DNA of 64,000 bases from Chloroflexota bacterium (GCA_027593235.1 JAQCIU010000002.1:1-64000), one strand, 5' to 3'; numbered from the stretch's first letter, positions 28,842-39,004 are shown. Program-made: numbers and translations. Notes: generated from the sequence alone by a model not told the origin.

Positions 28842-29819
28842 ATGAACGTCCAGTACAGCAACAGCGGCGGCAACCTCGGCCCACCCGACGGGCGCGACTA
28901 CCCGCGCTTCATGGGCCCGGCCACCTTCGCGAGGTTGCCCGGTCCCTCCGAGGTCGCGTCGTGGGACGTGAGCGTCGTCGGCGTCCCGTTCGACACCGGC
29001 ACCTCGTACCGGTCGGGCGCTCGGTTTGGGCCCGCTGCGATTCGTGCCGGCTCAAAACTGCTGCGCCCGCACCACCCCGCGCTGCACGTCCAGCCGTTCC
29101 ACGATCAGCAGGTCGTCGACGTTGGTGACATCGCGGCGAGCCCGTACTCGATCGACGACGCAATCGGGCAGATCGAACGCGGCGCGAACGAGCTACTCGA
29201 GGCCGCGCCGCGCCTCGTGTCTCTCGGGGGCGACCACACGATCGCACTGCCGTTGTTGCGCGCGATCAATCGCAAGCACGGCCCCGTTGCCCTTGTGCAC
29301 TTCGACGCGCACCTCGATACCTGGGACACCTACATGTCCGCGCCGTACACCCACGGCACGCCGTTCCGACGCGCCGCCGAGGAAGGCCTGTTCGTCGCGG
29401 ATCACTCGATGCACGTCGGCATCCGCGGCTCGCTCTACGGCGCGGACGATCTGTCCGAGGACGCCGCGCTCGGCTTCACTGTCGTTGGTACCTGGGAGAT
29501 CGAGGTGTTGGGTATCGTCGGCGTGGTCGAGCGGATCCGCGACCGCGTTGGCGACCATCCGCTGTACCTGTCGATCGATATCGACGTGCTCGATCCCGCG
29601 TTCGCGCCAGGCACCGGAACGCCCGAGATCGGCGGCTTCAGTTCGCGCGAACTCGCCGGCATCCTCCGCGGGCTTGCCGGCCTCGATGTCGTTGGCGCCG
29701 ACATCGTCGAGGTGGCGCCGGCCTACGACCACGCCGAGGTGACGGCGATCGCCGCCGCCAACATGGCGTACGAGATCCTCGCGCTCATGGCGGTCCGTCG
29801 AGGTGCAGCCCCGGCCTAG
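28842..29819 (+). CDS. speB: Agmatinase / ureohydrolase
   Basis: GARFGP, GGDHT, DAHLD, HGTPF and SIDIDVLDPAFAPGTGTPE. Confidence 0.88.
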   Translation: MNVQYSNSGGNLGPPDGRDYPRFMGPATFARLPGPSEVASWDVSVVGVPFDTGTSYRSGARFGPAAIRAGSKLLRPHHPALHVQPFHDQQVVDVGDIAASPYSIDDAIGQIERGANELLEAAPRLVSLGGDHTIALPLLRAINRKHGPVALVHFDAHLDTWDTYMSAPYTHGTPFRRAAEEGLFVADHSMHVGIRGSLYGADDLSEDAALGFTVVGTWEIEVLGIVGVVERIRDRVGDHPLYLSIDIDVLDPAFAPGTGTPEIGGFSSRELAGILRGLAGLDVVGADIVEVAPAYDHAEVTAIAAANMAYEILALMAVRRGAAPA

Positions 29820-29827
29820 CGGCGGCC

Positions 29828-30304
29828 CTAGCGGCTATCGAGGATGTCGCGCGTGAGCTGCAGGTGCCCCAGGTGCTCACCGGCGTGCCGGATCGAGGAG
29901 ACGAGGGCTTCGCGCCGGCTGACCTCGCGCGTCGGTAACGCGCCGAAGACGGACTGCTCCGGAACCGTGGTCTCGTCAAAGACGGCCGGGTCGACCGTCG
30001 CCATCGCCGCGTCGATGTCGTCGGCGAGCGCGCGCAGCGCGCTCGACAGCTCGCTCGCTGGCACGCCCTTCGCGGCGAACTCGTGCGCGCGGTCGCGCTC
30101 AACCTCGAGGCCGCAACCGACACCGAGGGCGTAGCCGCGGACCGCTCCGACAACGTGCCTTCCGAGCTGAGCGGCGCTGCTCGCGTTCTCAATCAGGTGC
30201 GTATCGAGGTCGCTCTCGGACATCTCGTCGATCGTCCGTGCGATCGATTCGAGTGCGCCTCGGAGGAGGGTGGCGTAGACGGCTGGCTCGGACGCGGACG
30301 TCAT
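29828..30304 (-). CDS. DinB/YfiT-like four-helix protein
   Basis: SSAAQLGRH, RDRAHEF and HAGEHLGH metal motif. Confidence 0.78.
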   Translation of the reverse strand: MTSASEPAVYATLLRGALESIARTIDEMSESDLDTHLIENASSAAQLGRHVVGAVRGYALGVGCGLEVERDRAHEFAAKGVPASELSSALRALADDIDAAMATVDPAVFDETTVPEQSVFGALPTREVSRREALVSSIRHAGEHLGHLQLTRDILDSR

Positions 30305-30361
30305 CGGTCGTTCCTGTCTTCGTGCTGGTCGGTTAGCTCGCCTCGGAGACACCCGCGAGCG

Positions 30362-31978
30362 TTAGCTCGCTTCGTACACAACGTTGCCCTCGATGACCGT
30401 CATTGCGATCGGCAGATCGCGCAGCGCGGTCACCTCTACTTGGCGGATGTCCTCAGAGAGGAGCGTCAGGTCGGCGTACTTCCCGACCTCGATGCTGCCT
30501 TTGCGGTCGTCGGCGAACTCTGCGTAAGCGCCGTTGATCGTGTGCATCCGCAGTGCGGTGGTCAAATCCACCCGCTCGTCCGGCCCACAGACATCGCCGC
30601 TCATCGTCGCGCGTGTCAGCGCCTGCTCGATCCCGAAGAGCGGCCGGTAGTCCGTGACCGGGGAGTCCGAGGAGCCCGCGACCCGCACGCCCGCCTCGAT
30701 CAGGCTCTTCGCCGGGAACATCACGTCGGCGCGCTCGCGGCCGTAGTTGTTGATGTAGCCGTCGCCGAACTCCCAGAAGAACGCCGGCTGCATCGCCGGC
30801 ACGATCCCCTGGTCGCGCACACGCTGCTGCAGATCCGGCGGCGTGATCCCGCAGTGGTCGATGCGGTGGCGTAACCCCTCGCGAGGGAACTCGGTCTGCG
30901 CGCGTGCCATCGCGTTCAGCGTCTGCTCGATCGCCTTGTCGCCGACCGCGTGCACCGTGCACTGCCAGCCGGCGCGGTGTGCGCGCCCAATCAGATCGTC
31001 CAGCTCGCTCTGCTGCCAGTAGAGGATCCCGGAGTCGTCCGGGTCCACGTGGTACGGATCACGCGTCGAGGCCGTCGGCCCGGACGAGGATCCATCCGTC
31101 ATCACCTTGAACGCGCCGATGCGGAGCCGGTCGCTCCCGAAGCCGGTGTGCAGTCCCGTGCCGTTGAGCAGCGCGACCAGTGGGTGGTCGAACGTGTTCA
31201 CCGTTGCGAACGCGTACAGCCGCACCTGGATCTCCCCAGACGCCACGAGGTCAGTCGCGATCGCCATCGGCGGCCCGAGTAGACCACCGGCGTCATGCAC
31301 GCTGGTCAAGCCGCTCGCGAGGTCCGCGTGGTTCGCCGCGATTAGGTGCTCGCGCAGTTCCTCGGGCGACGGCGCGGAGGCGTTCCGGACGGCGACTCCG
31401 GCTCGCTCATAGCCCACGCCGTTGATGCTGCCGTCCGGGTCGCGATCGAATCGGCCACCGTCGATGTCCGGCGCGTCGAGGGGGACTCCAGCCACTTCGG
31501 CAGCCTTCGTGTTGAAGGCGAGGATGTGGCCGCAGGTGCGGACGAAGGCGACCGGGTGATTCGGCGCCACCGCATCGAAGTCGTGGCGGTTCGGGTGTCG
31601 CTGCTCCACCAGCTTCGAGTGGTCGTACCCGCGCCCGCGGATCCAGGTGCCGGGCGGCTGCGACTCGGCGAGCTTCCGCACCTCCTCGACGATCGCCGAA
31701 ATCGAATCCATCCCGGGCGCTTTGCAGTCGATCGCGTACGCCATCCCGCCCACGCCGGTGAAGTGCTGGTGTGCGTCGATGAACCCCGGCGTCAGCGTTC
31801 GACCGTCCAGGTCAACGCGGCGTGCTCCCGGCCCGGCCGTCGCGTTCACCTCGGCGTTCGATCCCACGGCCAGGATTCGACCGTCTGAAACCGCCACCGC
31901 CTCCGCGATGCTGTTGCTTGCGTCCACGGTGTGGACCACACCACCGGTAAACACGAGATCCGCTCGATCGCCTGTCAT
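30362..31978 (-). CDS. YtcJ-like amidohydrolase (Amidohydro_3)
   Basis: PGFIDAHQH, KVMTDGS, HAVGD, HRIDH and SSDSP. Confidence 0.9.
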   Translation of the reverse strand: MTGDRADLVFTGGVVHTVDASNSIAEAVAVSDGRILAVGSNAEVNATAGPGARRVDLDGRTLTPGFIDAHQHFTGVGGMAYAIDCKAPGMDSISAIVEEVRKLAESQPPGTWIRGRGYDHSKLVEQRHPNRHDFDAVAPNHPVAFVRTCGHILAFNTKAAEVAGVPLDAPDIDGGRFDRDPDGSINGVGYERAGVAVRNASAPSPEELREHLIAANHADLASGLTSVHDAGGLLGPPMAIATDLVASGEIQVRLYAFATVNTFDHPLVALLNGTGLHTGFGSDRLRIGAFKVMTDGSSSGPTASTRDPYHVDPDDSGILYWQQSELDDLIGRAHRAGWQCTVHAVGDKAIEQTLNAMARAQTEFPREGLRHRIDHCGITPPDLQQRVRDQGIVPAMQPAFFWEFGDGYINNYGRERADVMFPAKSLIEAGVRVAGSSDSPVTDYRPLFGIEQALTRATMSGDVCGPDERVDLTTALRMHTINGAYAEFADDRKGSIEVGKYADLTLLSEDIRQVEVTALRDLPIAMTVIEGNVVYEAS

Positions 31979-32099
31979 GGCGGCACCCTTCGTTCGTCGG
32001 CGTGGAAGCGGGCGAATGCTAGCGCATCTACGTTCCTGACGATCTGACGGCAAATCGTCCACGCCTGAAGTTCCATGCCAGTCCCACCGACGATCCTGT

Positions 32100-32315
32100 A
32101 TGTGGTTTCGACGGAAGCCCGTACCGCCCGAAGAGTCCCCACGCGCGTGGGTCGACCGCCGTGCGCCGATTCGCTGGTGCGCCACCTGCCGCACTGGCGC
32201 CGGCCCATTCGTCTACCTGGAGAACGGGAAGCACTACTGCCGGCCCTGCGCGTTGCGGGCGTTCAAGGTGATGCGGTTGCGCCCCGGCGGTCGGCGCTCG
32301 GATGACGTTGCCTAG
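32100..32315 (+). CDS. Small putative zinc-finger protein
   Basis: CATC...YCRPC; overlaps the next gene's start. Confidence 0.55.
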   Translation: MWFRRKPVPPEESPRAWVDRRAPIRWCATCRTGAGPFVYLENGKHYCRPCALRAFKVMRLRPGGRRSDDVA

Positions 32316-32710
32316 CCGCCGCGGCGCCTTCGTCGCCTTCGCCGTCGCGATCCTGCTCGCTGTCCTCGTCGCACCATCGGCCGCGGTCGCCGCGACGACG
32401 ACCTCGCTCCGCATCGGCACCTCGGTGCAGGGCCGCCCGATCGAGGTCGCCTGTCTCGGCTCCGGCGATCAGACGGTGATCGTCGTCGGTGGCCTCCACA
32501 CCGGCCCCGAGGCCCATTCGAGCGATCTCGTCCTCGAGCTGGCGCGCCTCGCCTGGGCGGGCGCCCTCGACATTCCAGGCGACGCGCAGCTCTGCCTGAT
32601 CCCCACGCTCAACCCGGACGGCGCCGCGCGCGGTACGCGCACCAACGCCCGCGGCGTCGATCTCAATCGCAACTGGCCGTCCGCGAACTGGACCGCCACC
32701 GCCTTGTCCG
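32302..32710 (+). pseudogene. 3'-truncated M14 zinc carboxypeptidase (MpaA-like), secreted
   Basis: Signal peptide, IGTSVQGRPI, GLHTGPE, IPTLNPDG and RTNARGVDLNRNW, then family resemblance stops with no SEPE motif or later ligands. Confidence 0.65.
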
Positions 32711-33479
32711 TCAGTCGAACTCGCCCCCGCGCCGCCGTCCGCGCCTGCGTCGCCTGGTACCGACACCCCGTCGTCGCCCGGCCTCGTGGTGACCGTCCAC
32801 ACGGCGAGGATCATCACAAGGATCAACAGGGCCGTCACCGCGAGCGCACGGCGGGTCAGCCCCCGCTCTGCGAGGAACATCAAAAGCCTGGCGAACACGC
32901 GGCAGCCCTTTCACGAGAAAACACGGGGTTACCGCCTGCGCCGGAACCTAGCACGCGGGAATGGGCCATCAGGTGTGCGCGTGCTGACTGAACGAAAACG
33001 AGAGTCTCTCGAAGAGCGCCCTTCAATCTCACGTCGTCGCCTGAGCTGGAACCACCTCCGCGCTGCCTCGCCTGAGTGCGCGCATTGCCGCCTCGATGAC
33101 CTGCCTGCCCGTCTGCTGGATCGCCTGAGCGCGGAACGGAACTGGCGGCTCTCCTCGCATCCCTGGAACGTTCGCCACTGCAAACAACGGGGACGTCAAC
33201 TCCGGACAACGTGCGTTGTGCGACCGTCGGCGGGCCTGTGCTTCTGAACCGGCAACCGTGCGCGGATCGCCGGGACTCGGCAGCGGTTGGGCGAAGCGCT
33301 CCCGAAACGACGTGGCAGCGCCGGCTGCTTTTTCGGACGCTCGCAAGCATCGTGGCTGCGACCGATCGATTGCTGTTGGGATCGAGGTCGGCGCCGCGCA
33401 GCTGGCGCTCGAAATCCAGCCCGATGCGATCACGCAAAGAGGAGGCGAGCCAGCCGAGCGGCGGACTGAGAGTGTGAGT

Positions 33480-33555
33480 TGGCTCCCCGACGTGGACTCG
33501 AACCACGAACCTACCGGTTAACAGCCGGTCGCTCTACCGATTGAGCTATCGGGGA
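33480..33555 (-). tRNA. tRNA-Asn(GTT)
   Basis: Reverse complement TCCCCGATAGCTCAATCGGTAGAGCGACCGGCTGTTAACCGGTAGGTTCGTGGTTCGAGTCCACGTCGGGGAGCCA. Confidence 0.97.
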
Positions 33556-33639
33556 TCACTGCCGATCAGTCTGGCAAGGCATCGGTGTCTGCGACAAGGG
33601 GCGAGCGCCTGATTCCTTGGATCTCTGCAAATCGGGCGC

Positions 33640-33713
33640 TGGATGCCAGGCCGGGATTCGAACCCGGACTTAAGGATTCAAAGTCCTCAGTGCTACCGTT
33701 ACACCACCCGGCA
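33640..33713 (-). tRNA. tRNA-Gln(TTG)
   Basis: Reverse complement TGCCGGGTGGTGTAACGGTAGCACTGAGGACTTTGAATCCTTAAGTCCGGGTTCGAATCCCGGCCTGGCATCCA. Confidence 0.93.
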
Positions 33714-33847
33714 TCGGGGCGAACGCAGACGCCCCAAATCGTACCGGCTGATCCACCATTGGCGTATGCGGGCCCCACCGAGGGCCCCACCGAGGCTGCC
33801 GCCAGCCTCGCTTACGACCGCACCAAACCAGCCGTCGAGGCCAGCCA

Positions 33848-33924
33848 GGCACGATCTCCAGCAAACGGAACGTAGCGCTGCCGGGCCTCCCAGGCTGCCA
33901 CCGTCTGTATGTATCCCGCGTCCG
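33848..33924 (-). repeat. Degenerate copy of the 3' part of the PPOX gene (34552-34627)
   Basis: Manual alignment gives 63 of 77 positions identical, with one indel. Confidence 0.8.
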
Positions 33925-33996
33925 CGCCCGTCGTCGCCTAGGGCGCTCCGTTGCCGTCCGAGGCTGCTGCGGTGGGCGTGAGCCGAGTAGACCGAC

Positions 33997-34335
33997 TCAG
34001 TCGCTTGCTGGTGGGCGGCTTGATCTTCGCCGTGCAGGGATGGGGCCGGTCGAACTCAGGGCGGCGGGCGCGTCGTCAATCCCGACGAATCGCGGCGCTC
34101 GGGTTAATCGATCCGGTTCGACACACTCGACCAACTTGGATTCACCGCTCGCAAGCACGAGCCGGTATCGCCGTCGGAGCTGCGGAGTCCAGCCAACGGT
34201 GCCGGGGTGCGCGCCCTGCTCGATCGTGACCGTCGCTCGCCAGCCGCGCGGCCCCGATTGGAGGTCAAACTGCCCCCGTAGGAGTACTTCGCCCTCCTCG
34301 AGCGTCACGATCTCGGCTAGTGAGAACGCGCGCAT
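33997..34335 (-). CDS. Hypothetical protein
   Basis: MRAFSLAEIVTLEEGEVLLRGQFDL... has protein-like composition but no recognised motif. Confidence 0.4.
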   Translation of the reverse strand: MRAFSLAEIVTLEEGEVLLRGQFDLQSGPRGWRATVTIEQGAHPGTVGWTPQLRRRYRLVLASGESKLVECVEPDRLTRAPRFVGIDDAPAALSSTGPIPARRRSSRPPASD

Positions 34336-34526
34336 GCACGCCAGCTTAGGGCCGAACGGAGCCCGTTCAATGGCCGGTATTCCACCGCTCAGGAGTTGTG
34401 ATCTTCCCAAGAACTACCAGCGAGCGTCGCGCGAGCCGGTGGGCGTCAGTGGCGAATCACTGGCGGCTCGACGCAGCGGTTACGAACGTCCGGCAGGGGC
34501 GCCCGGCGCGGAGGAGGCGCCCCGCC

Positions 34527-34946
34527 TTAGCCGGAGCTGCGGATCCGACTCGGCACGATCTCCAGCAGCCGGAACGTCGCGCTCGCGTCCTTCCAGGCCG
34601 CCACTGTCTCGATGTGTGCCGCGTCCGTCATGTCCCAGTACCGCGCCGCCAGTCGCTCCGCGAGGTCAAACGCGCCTTGCTCGCTCACCTCGACAGCGCC
34701 TTCGATCAGCACCCACGCCTCCGGCTGCCCCGCCGGGTTCGCGACGAGTAGCGACACCCGAGGGTCGCGCGCGATCCGGCGCATCTTGGGCGAGGTCACG
34801 CCGGTGAAGAAGCGTGCGCGTCCGTCGGCCCACTCGAACCAGACAGGAACCATCGTCGTGGGGCCGTCTGCCGCGCTGGTCGCCAGGACCGCGATTCGGG
34901 CATCGGCGAGGAACGCGTCGCGTTGGGCGTCGCTCATGGCTGCCAT
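34527..34946 (-). CDS. PPOX-class (F420-dependent) split-barrel oxidoreductase
   Basis: IAVLAT...GP...PVWF and KMRRIARDPRVSL. GGAGG RBS. Confidence 0.85.
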   Translation of the reverse strand: MAAMSDAQRDAFLADARIAVLATSAADGPTTMVPVWFEWADGRARFFTGVTSPKMRRIARDPRVSLLVANPAGQPEAWVLIEGAVEVSEQGAFDLAERLAARYWDMTDAAHIETVAAWKDASATFRLLEIVPSRIRSSG

Positions 34947-35006
34947 CGGCGCCTCCAGGGTTCTGCTGAACGCCCGGGCGGGCGTCATCGCGCCCGACGG
35001 TACCAG

Positions 35007-36698
35007 CTAGCCGCCGACGAGGATTCCTTGTCCCTCGGAACCGCGCGCCTGCAACGCGGACCAGGTCAGTTCGTTGCACCAGAACCAGTACTTGGCGGTG
35101 CCGTTCGCCGTTCGGTAGGTGTTCCCGTTGAACACGTTGTTCGCGCCGCCCTGGCAGGAATAGCCGCCCGGAGTGTCGTCCGCTATCCCGGACTGTCCCA
35201 GCGCGCCGAGGTAGGTGATGTCGTTGCCCTGCACCGTCACGTTCTCGCTGCGGTAGGTCCCGAATCGGCCCGCTCCGCGGTTCTGGTTGATCACCGCGAT
35301 CCCGTCCCCGCCGCTCGCCGCCACCGTCACCGTGTTCCCGGTGATCGAGGTCTGCGCGCTGTTCTGGACCAGAATTTGCGCTCCCCACAGCCACGTGTCG
35401 AATGCCAGCCCGTTGTTGCGCACGATGTTGTTGCGGATCACCGCCGAGTAGCTGATCTCGTGTGCGATCCCGGATTGGTCGTTGTTCTCGGCGAGGTTGC
35501 CCTCGTACAGCGTGTTGCGGTTATCGATATCGGTCCACAGCCCGCGGCCACGGTTGTCGTGCACGTGGTTGTTTCGCACGATCAGGTCGTTCGTCACGGC
35601 CCACTTCGTGCCGCCGGCTTCCCAGAACGGGTCGAAGCCAGAGATCCCGTTGAACGAGATCTCGTTGCCCTCGATCAGCACCCGATCACCGACGCCGCCC
35701 ACGCCGAGCTGGCACTGGTGATGAACGAAGTTGTCGCGCACCACCATGTCGCTGCGCGTGCGGATCCCCGTGCCGTGGTTGTAGCGGACCTCGTTGTCCT
35801 CGACGAGCCAGCCGGTCGCGCCGCCACCGGGGTGGATCGCGCCGTCCTGCGCGCGGTTGGCGTACTTCTCGATCACCAGACCGCGGATCGTCACGTCGCG
35901 CCCACCCTCGGTGAACGCGGCCGAGGTGTCACTCAGCTCGATCGTGCGCCCGGCCGGATTGTCCGCGACATAAATACGGTCGGCGCCGTAGTCGAAGTAC
36001 CAACGCCCCGAGGCCAGTTGGCCCGGGTTGGTCACCTGCCACAGCAGGTTCCCGTCCATGAAGAGCTGCTCCGGGTGCTGGCAGCCCGAGTACCCCTGTC
36101 CGAGGAACCGCGCGCAGCTTCCCGCCGTGCCGAGCTGCGAGGTCTGCCCACCGACAGACCACGCGCCGCCGTCCTGTTGTAACCCCTCGAGGATCCGCGC
36201 GCCGCTGAAGATCGCGCCCGGTTCGCCTTCGAAGACATCACCTGTTCGCGGGGTGATCTTCAGCCCGCGGTAGACGCCCGGCCCGAACCGGAAGGTCGTG
36301 CCCGCCGGCTGCGCGGCAATCCGCGCCGCGACGTTGTCGCTGGGTTGCAGCACCAGCGTCGGGTGACAGACCAGTAACAGCGGCCCCGCGGGCACCTGCC
36401 CGCCGCTGTACACCGCTAGGTAGCTACCGTTGACAAAGTCCGGCGCACCAACGAGGTACCCGATCGGGAACCCACCCACGAACGACCAGATCGAACTCAA
36501 AGCGCAGCCGCGTTGTCCGGCAACGGTCACGATCTCGTCGGTCGGCCCGCCGCTCCACGACACCAGCGCCAGCCCGCCGTTCGGCGGGAGGTTGCCGGAG
36601 ATCGTGCCGGCCGCCACCGCCTCCGAGCGGGGCAGCACGAGGGCGATCGTCAGAACGGCGACAACCGGCAGCACGCTGAGCAGCCGTCTTATTGACAT
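35007..36698 (-). CDS. Secreted right-handed parallel beta-helix protein with N-terminal Cys-bracketed domain
   Basis: Signal peptide MSIRRLLSVLPVVAVL..., FGPGVYR, and repeated Asn-ladder coils (EDNEVRYN, RNNHVHDN, GLWTD, HEISY). Confidence 0.85.
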   Translation of the reverse strand: MSIRRLLSVLPVVAVLTIALVLPRSEAVAAGTISGNLPPNGGLALVSWSGGPTDEIVTVAGQRGCALSSIWSFVGGFPIGYLVGAPDFVNGSYLAVYSGGQVPAGPLLLVCHPTLVLQPSDNVAARIAAQPAGTTFRFGPGVYRGLKITPRTGDVFEGEPGAIFSGARILEGLQQDGGAWSVGGQTSQLGTAGSCARFLGQGYSGCQHPEQLFMDGNLLWQVTNPGQLASGRWYFDYGADRIYVADNPAGRTIELSDTSAAFTEGGRDVTIRGLVIEKYANRAQDGAIHPGGGATGWLVEDNEVRYNHGTGIRTRSDMVVRDNFVHHQCQLGVGGVGDRVLIEGNEISFNGISGFDPFWEAGGTKWAVTNDLIVRNNHVHDNRGRGLWTDIDNRNTLYEGNLAENNDQSGIAHEISYSAVIRNNIVRNNGLAFDTWLWGAQILVQNSAQTSITGNTVTVAASGGDGIAVINQNRGAGRFGTYRSENVTVQGNDITYLGALGQSGIADDTPGGYSCQGGANNVFNGNTYRTANGTAKYWFWCNELTWSALQARGSEGQGILVGG

Positions 36699-36905
36699 AG
36701 GCCAGAGGCTAGCATCACCCCCCGGGTGACTGGTTAACCGTCTGTGAGCGCGCCCCAACCCTGGATTCGACTGCCCGGTGACGCTGGCGTGTGTCCCGGA
36801 CGAGGGCAAACCCTCAACACCCTCCCCATCGCCGCATGCGAGGATGGTCCCGACGCCACCGCACCGCCATCGGCGCGGAACGGCGCTCCGCGCGTGAGGA
36901 ACCCC

Positions 36906-38546
36906 ATGCGGGCCGCCGAACTGTTCGTCCAGTGCATCGAGAACGAGGGCGCACCCTTCGTCTTCGGCGTCCCCGGCGAGGAAAACCTCGACGTGATGGA
37001 CGCCCTCCTCGATTCGAAGCTCCAGTTCATCCAGACCCGCCACGAACAGGGCGCGGCCTTTATGGCGGACGTGCAGGGGCGGCTCACCGGCAAGGCCTCC
37101 GTCTGCCTCGCCACCCTCGGACCCGGCGCGACCAACCTCGTGACCGGCGTGTCCGACGCCCACCTTGATCGTGCTCCGCTGGTCGCCGTCACCGGTCAGG
37201 CGGGCATCAGCCGCCTGCACAAGGAGTCGCACCAGGTCCTGGACCTCGTCGCGCTCTTTCGGCCGCTGACCAAGTACTCCCAGCAGATCGTCACCCCGGA
37301 GATCATCCCGGAAGTGGTGCGCAAGGCCTTCAAGCTCGCCCAGACCGAGAAGTTCGGCGCGACCCACATCGACTTCCCGGAAGACGTGGCGAAGATGCCC
37401 GTCGAGGGCGTCCCGCTCCTCGCCCAGCAGCCCTATGACGGCGAGCCGCGCCAGGCCCAGCTCGATCGCGCCGCCACCCTGATCAACGCCGCCAGGATGC
37501 CCGTCATCATCGCCGGCAACGGCGTCATCCGAGGGCACGCCACCGACGCCCTCCGCCGCTTCGTCGCCGCCACCAACATCCCCGTCGCCAACACCTTCAT
37601 GGCCAAGGGCGTCGTGCCCTACACCGATCCGCGGTCGCTACTCTCCGTTGGCCTCCAGGCGCAGGACTACGTCTCCTACGCGATCGCCCAGGCGGACGTC
37701 ATCGTCACCATTGGCTACGACCTGATCGAGTACCCGCCCGATCGCTGGAACCCCAACGCCGACAAGACCATCGTCCACATCGATCGACAGCCCGCCGAGG
37801 TCGACAGTCACTACGTCCTCGGCGTCGGCATCGAGGCCGACCTCTCGATCACCCTCGACGAGCTCAGCGCGATGATCGAGGTACGCGACATCCCCGCCAT
37901 CGTCCCCAAGCTCCGCGAGCTGGTCCTCACCGAACAGGCCGAGGGCGGCACTCGCAACGGCTTCCCGCTCACCCCGCAGCGCGTGCTGCACGATGTCCGC
38001 GCCGCCATGGGCCCCGAAGACATCCTGATCTCCGATGTCGGCGCTCACAAGATGTGGGCCGCCCGCCTCTACCCCTGCCTCGAGCCCAACACCTGCATCA
38101 TCTCCAACGGCTTCGCCAGCATGGGCATCGCGCTCCCCGGCGCGATCGGCGCCAAGCTGCTCTTCCCGGAACGTCGCGTGCTCGCCCTCAATGGCGACGG
38201 TGGCTTCCTGATGAACTCGCAGGAGATGGAGACCGCGGTCCGCGTCGGCGCGAACATCGTCGTGCTGGTCTGGCGCGACGAAACCTTCGGCCTCATCAAG
38301 TGGAAGCAGATCAACCAGTTCGGCCGCGCCAGCCACGTCGACTTCGGGAACCCGGACTTCGTCCAGTACGCGCGCTCGTTCGGCTGGGCCGCCGATCGCG
38401 TCAACGAGGCCTCCGAACTCGCGCCCGCCCTCGAGGCCGCGTTCACCGCCGGTCGCCCCGCGCTGATCGACGTGCCAGTCGACGCCTCGGAGAACCTCAA
38501 GCTCACCGAGCGGCTGGAGGCTTTCGAGTTCGCTGGTGGCCTCTAG
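36906..38546 (+). CDS. Acetolactate synthase large-subunit family ThDP enzyme
   Basis: FGVPGEEN, RHEQGAAFMA, TLGPGATN and GDGGFLMNSQE ThDP motif. Confidence 0.9.
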   Translation: MRAAELFVQCIENEGAPFVFGVPGEENLDVMDALLDSKLQFIQTRHEQGAAFMADVQGRLTGKASVCLATLGPGATNLVTGVSDAHLDRAPLVAVTGQAGISRLHKESHQVLDLVALFRPLTKYSQQIVTPEIIPEVVRKAFKLAQTEKFGATHIDFPEDVAKMPVEGVPLLAQQPYDGEPRQAQLDRAATLINAARMPVIIAGNGVIRGHATDALRRFVAATNIPVANTFMAKGVVPYTDPRSLLSVGLQAQDYVSYAIAQADVIVTIGYDLIEYPPDRWNPNADKTIVHIDRQPAEVDSHYVLGVGIEADLSITLDELSAMIEVRDIPAIVPKLRELVLTEQAEGGTRNGFPLTPQRVLHDVRAAMGPEDILISDVGAHKMWAARLYPCLEPNTCIISNGFASMGIALPGAIGAKLLFPERRVLALNGDGGFLMNSQEMETAVRVGANIVVLVWRDETFGLIKWKQINQFGRASHVDFGNPDFVQYARSFGWAADRVNEASELAPALEAAFTAGRPALIDVPVDASENLKLTERLEAFEFAGGL

Positions 38547-38686
38547 CCTCAGTACATCTCGGTACATAAGGACGAGCGGGCCGCAGGACAGGCCCCGCGC
38601 CTTCCGATCCCGTGGGTCGGGCGATCCATCGGATCGGGTGCGGCTGTTACGCTCGATAAGACGCCATAACGAGCAAGGACGCCTCC

Positions 38687-38965
38687 ATGCCAACCGCCAG
38701 CAATAAGAGCAACAAGGAGCCGAAGGCGAAGCCCGCGGCCGCGACCACCGAGGCGAATCCCGCTGCCGAGGACGACTCCGAGGAGCCCGCGCCGCCGATG
38801 AACCGCGCCCAGCGCCGCCTTGAGGCGAAGCGAAAGACCGGGCGCAGCGCCCCCACGCGCGTCACCCCAAACGGCATGAGCGCCGCCGGCGACACCATGC
38901 GTCGCCAGGGCGTCAAGGGCGGTGGTGGCACCCAGAAGGGCACCAATACCCGCCGTTCCGGCTAG
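38687..38965 (+). CDS. Small basic disordered protein (NRAQRR motif)
   Basis: AAGGA RBS, high GC3 and MNRAQRRLEAKRK. Confidence 0.65.
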   Translation: MPTASNKSNKEPKAKPAAATTEANPAAEDDSEEPAPPMNRAQRRLEAKRKTGRSAPTRVTPNGMSAAGDTMRRQGVKGGGGTQKGTNTRRSG

Positions 38966-39004
38966 GCCCCGCGCGAACGCAACCTCGCCCGTTCGAACTG
39001 CTCG

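Noticed and set aside
33037-33129. Three copies of TCGCCTGAG downstream of tRNA-Asn
   Set aside because: Only 9 bp with irregular spacing (31 and 53 nt); not a CRISPR or iteron array. No supportable gene in 32900-33480.
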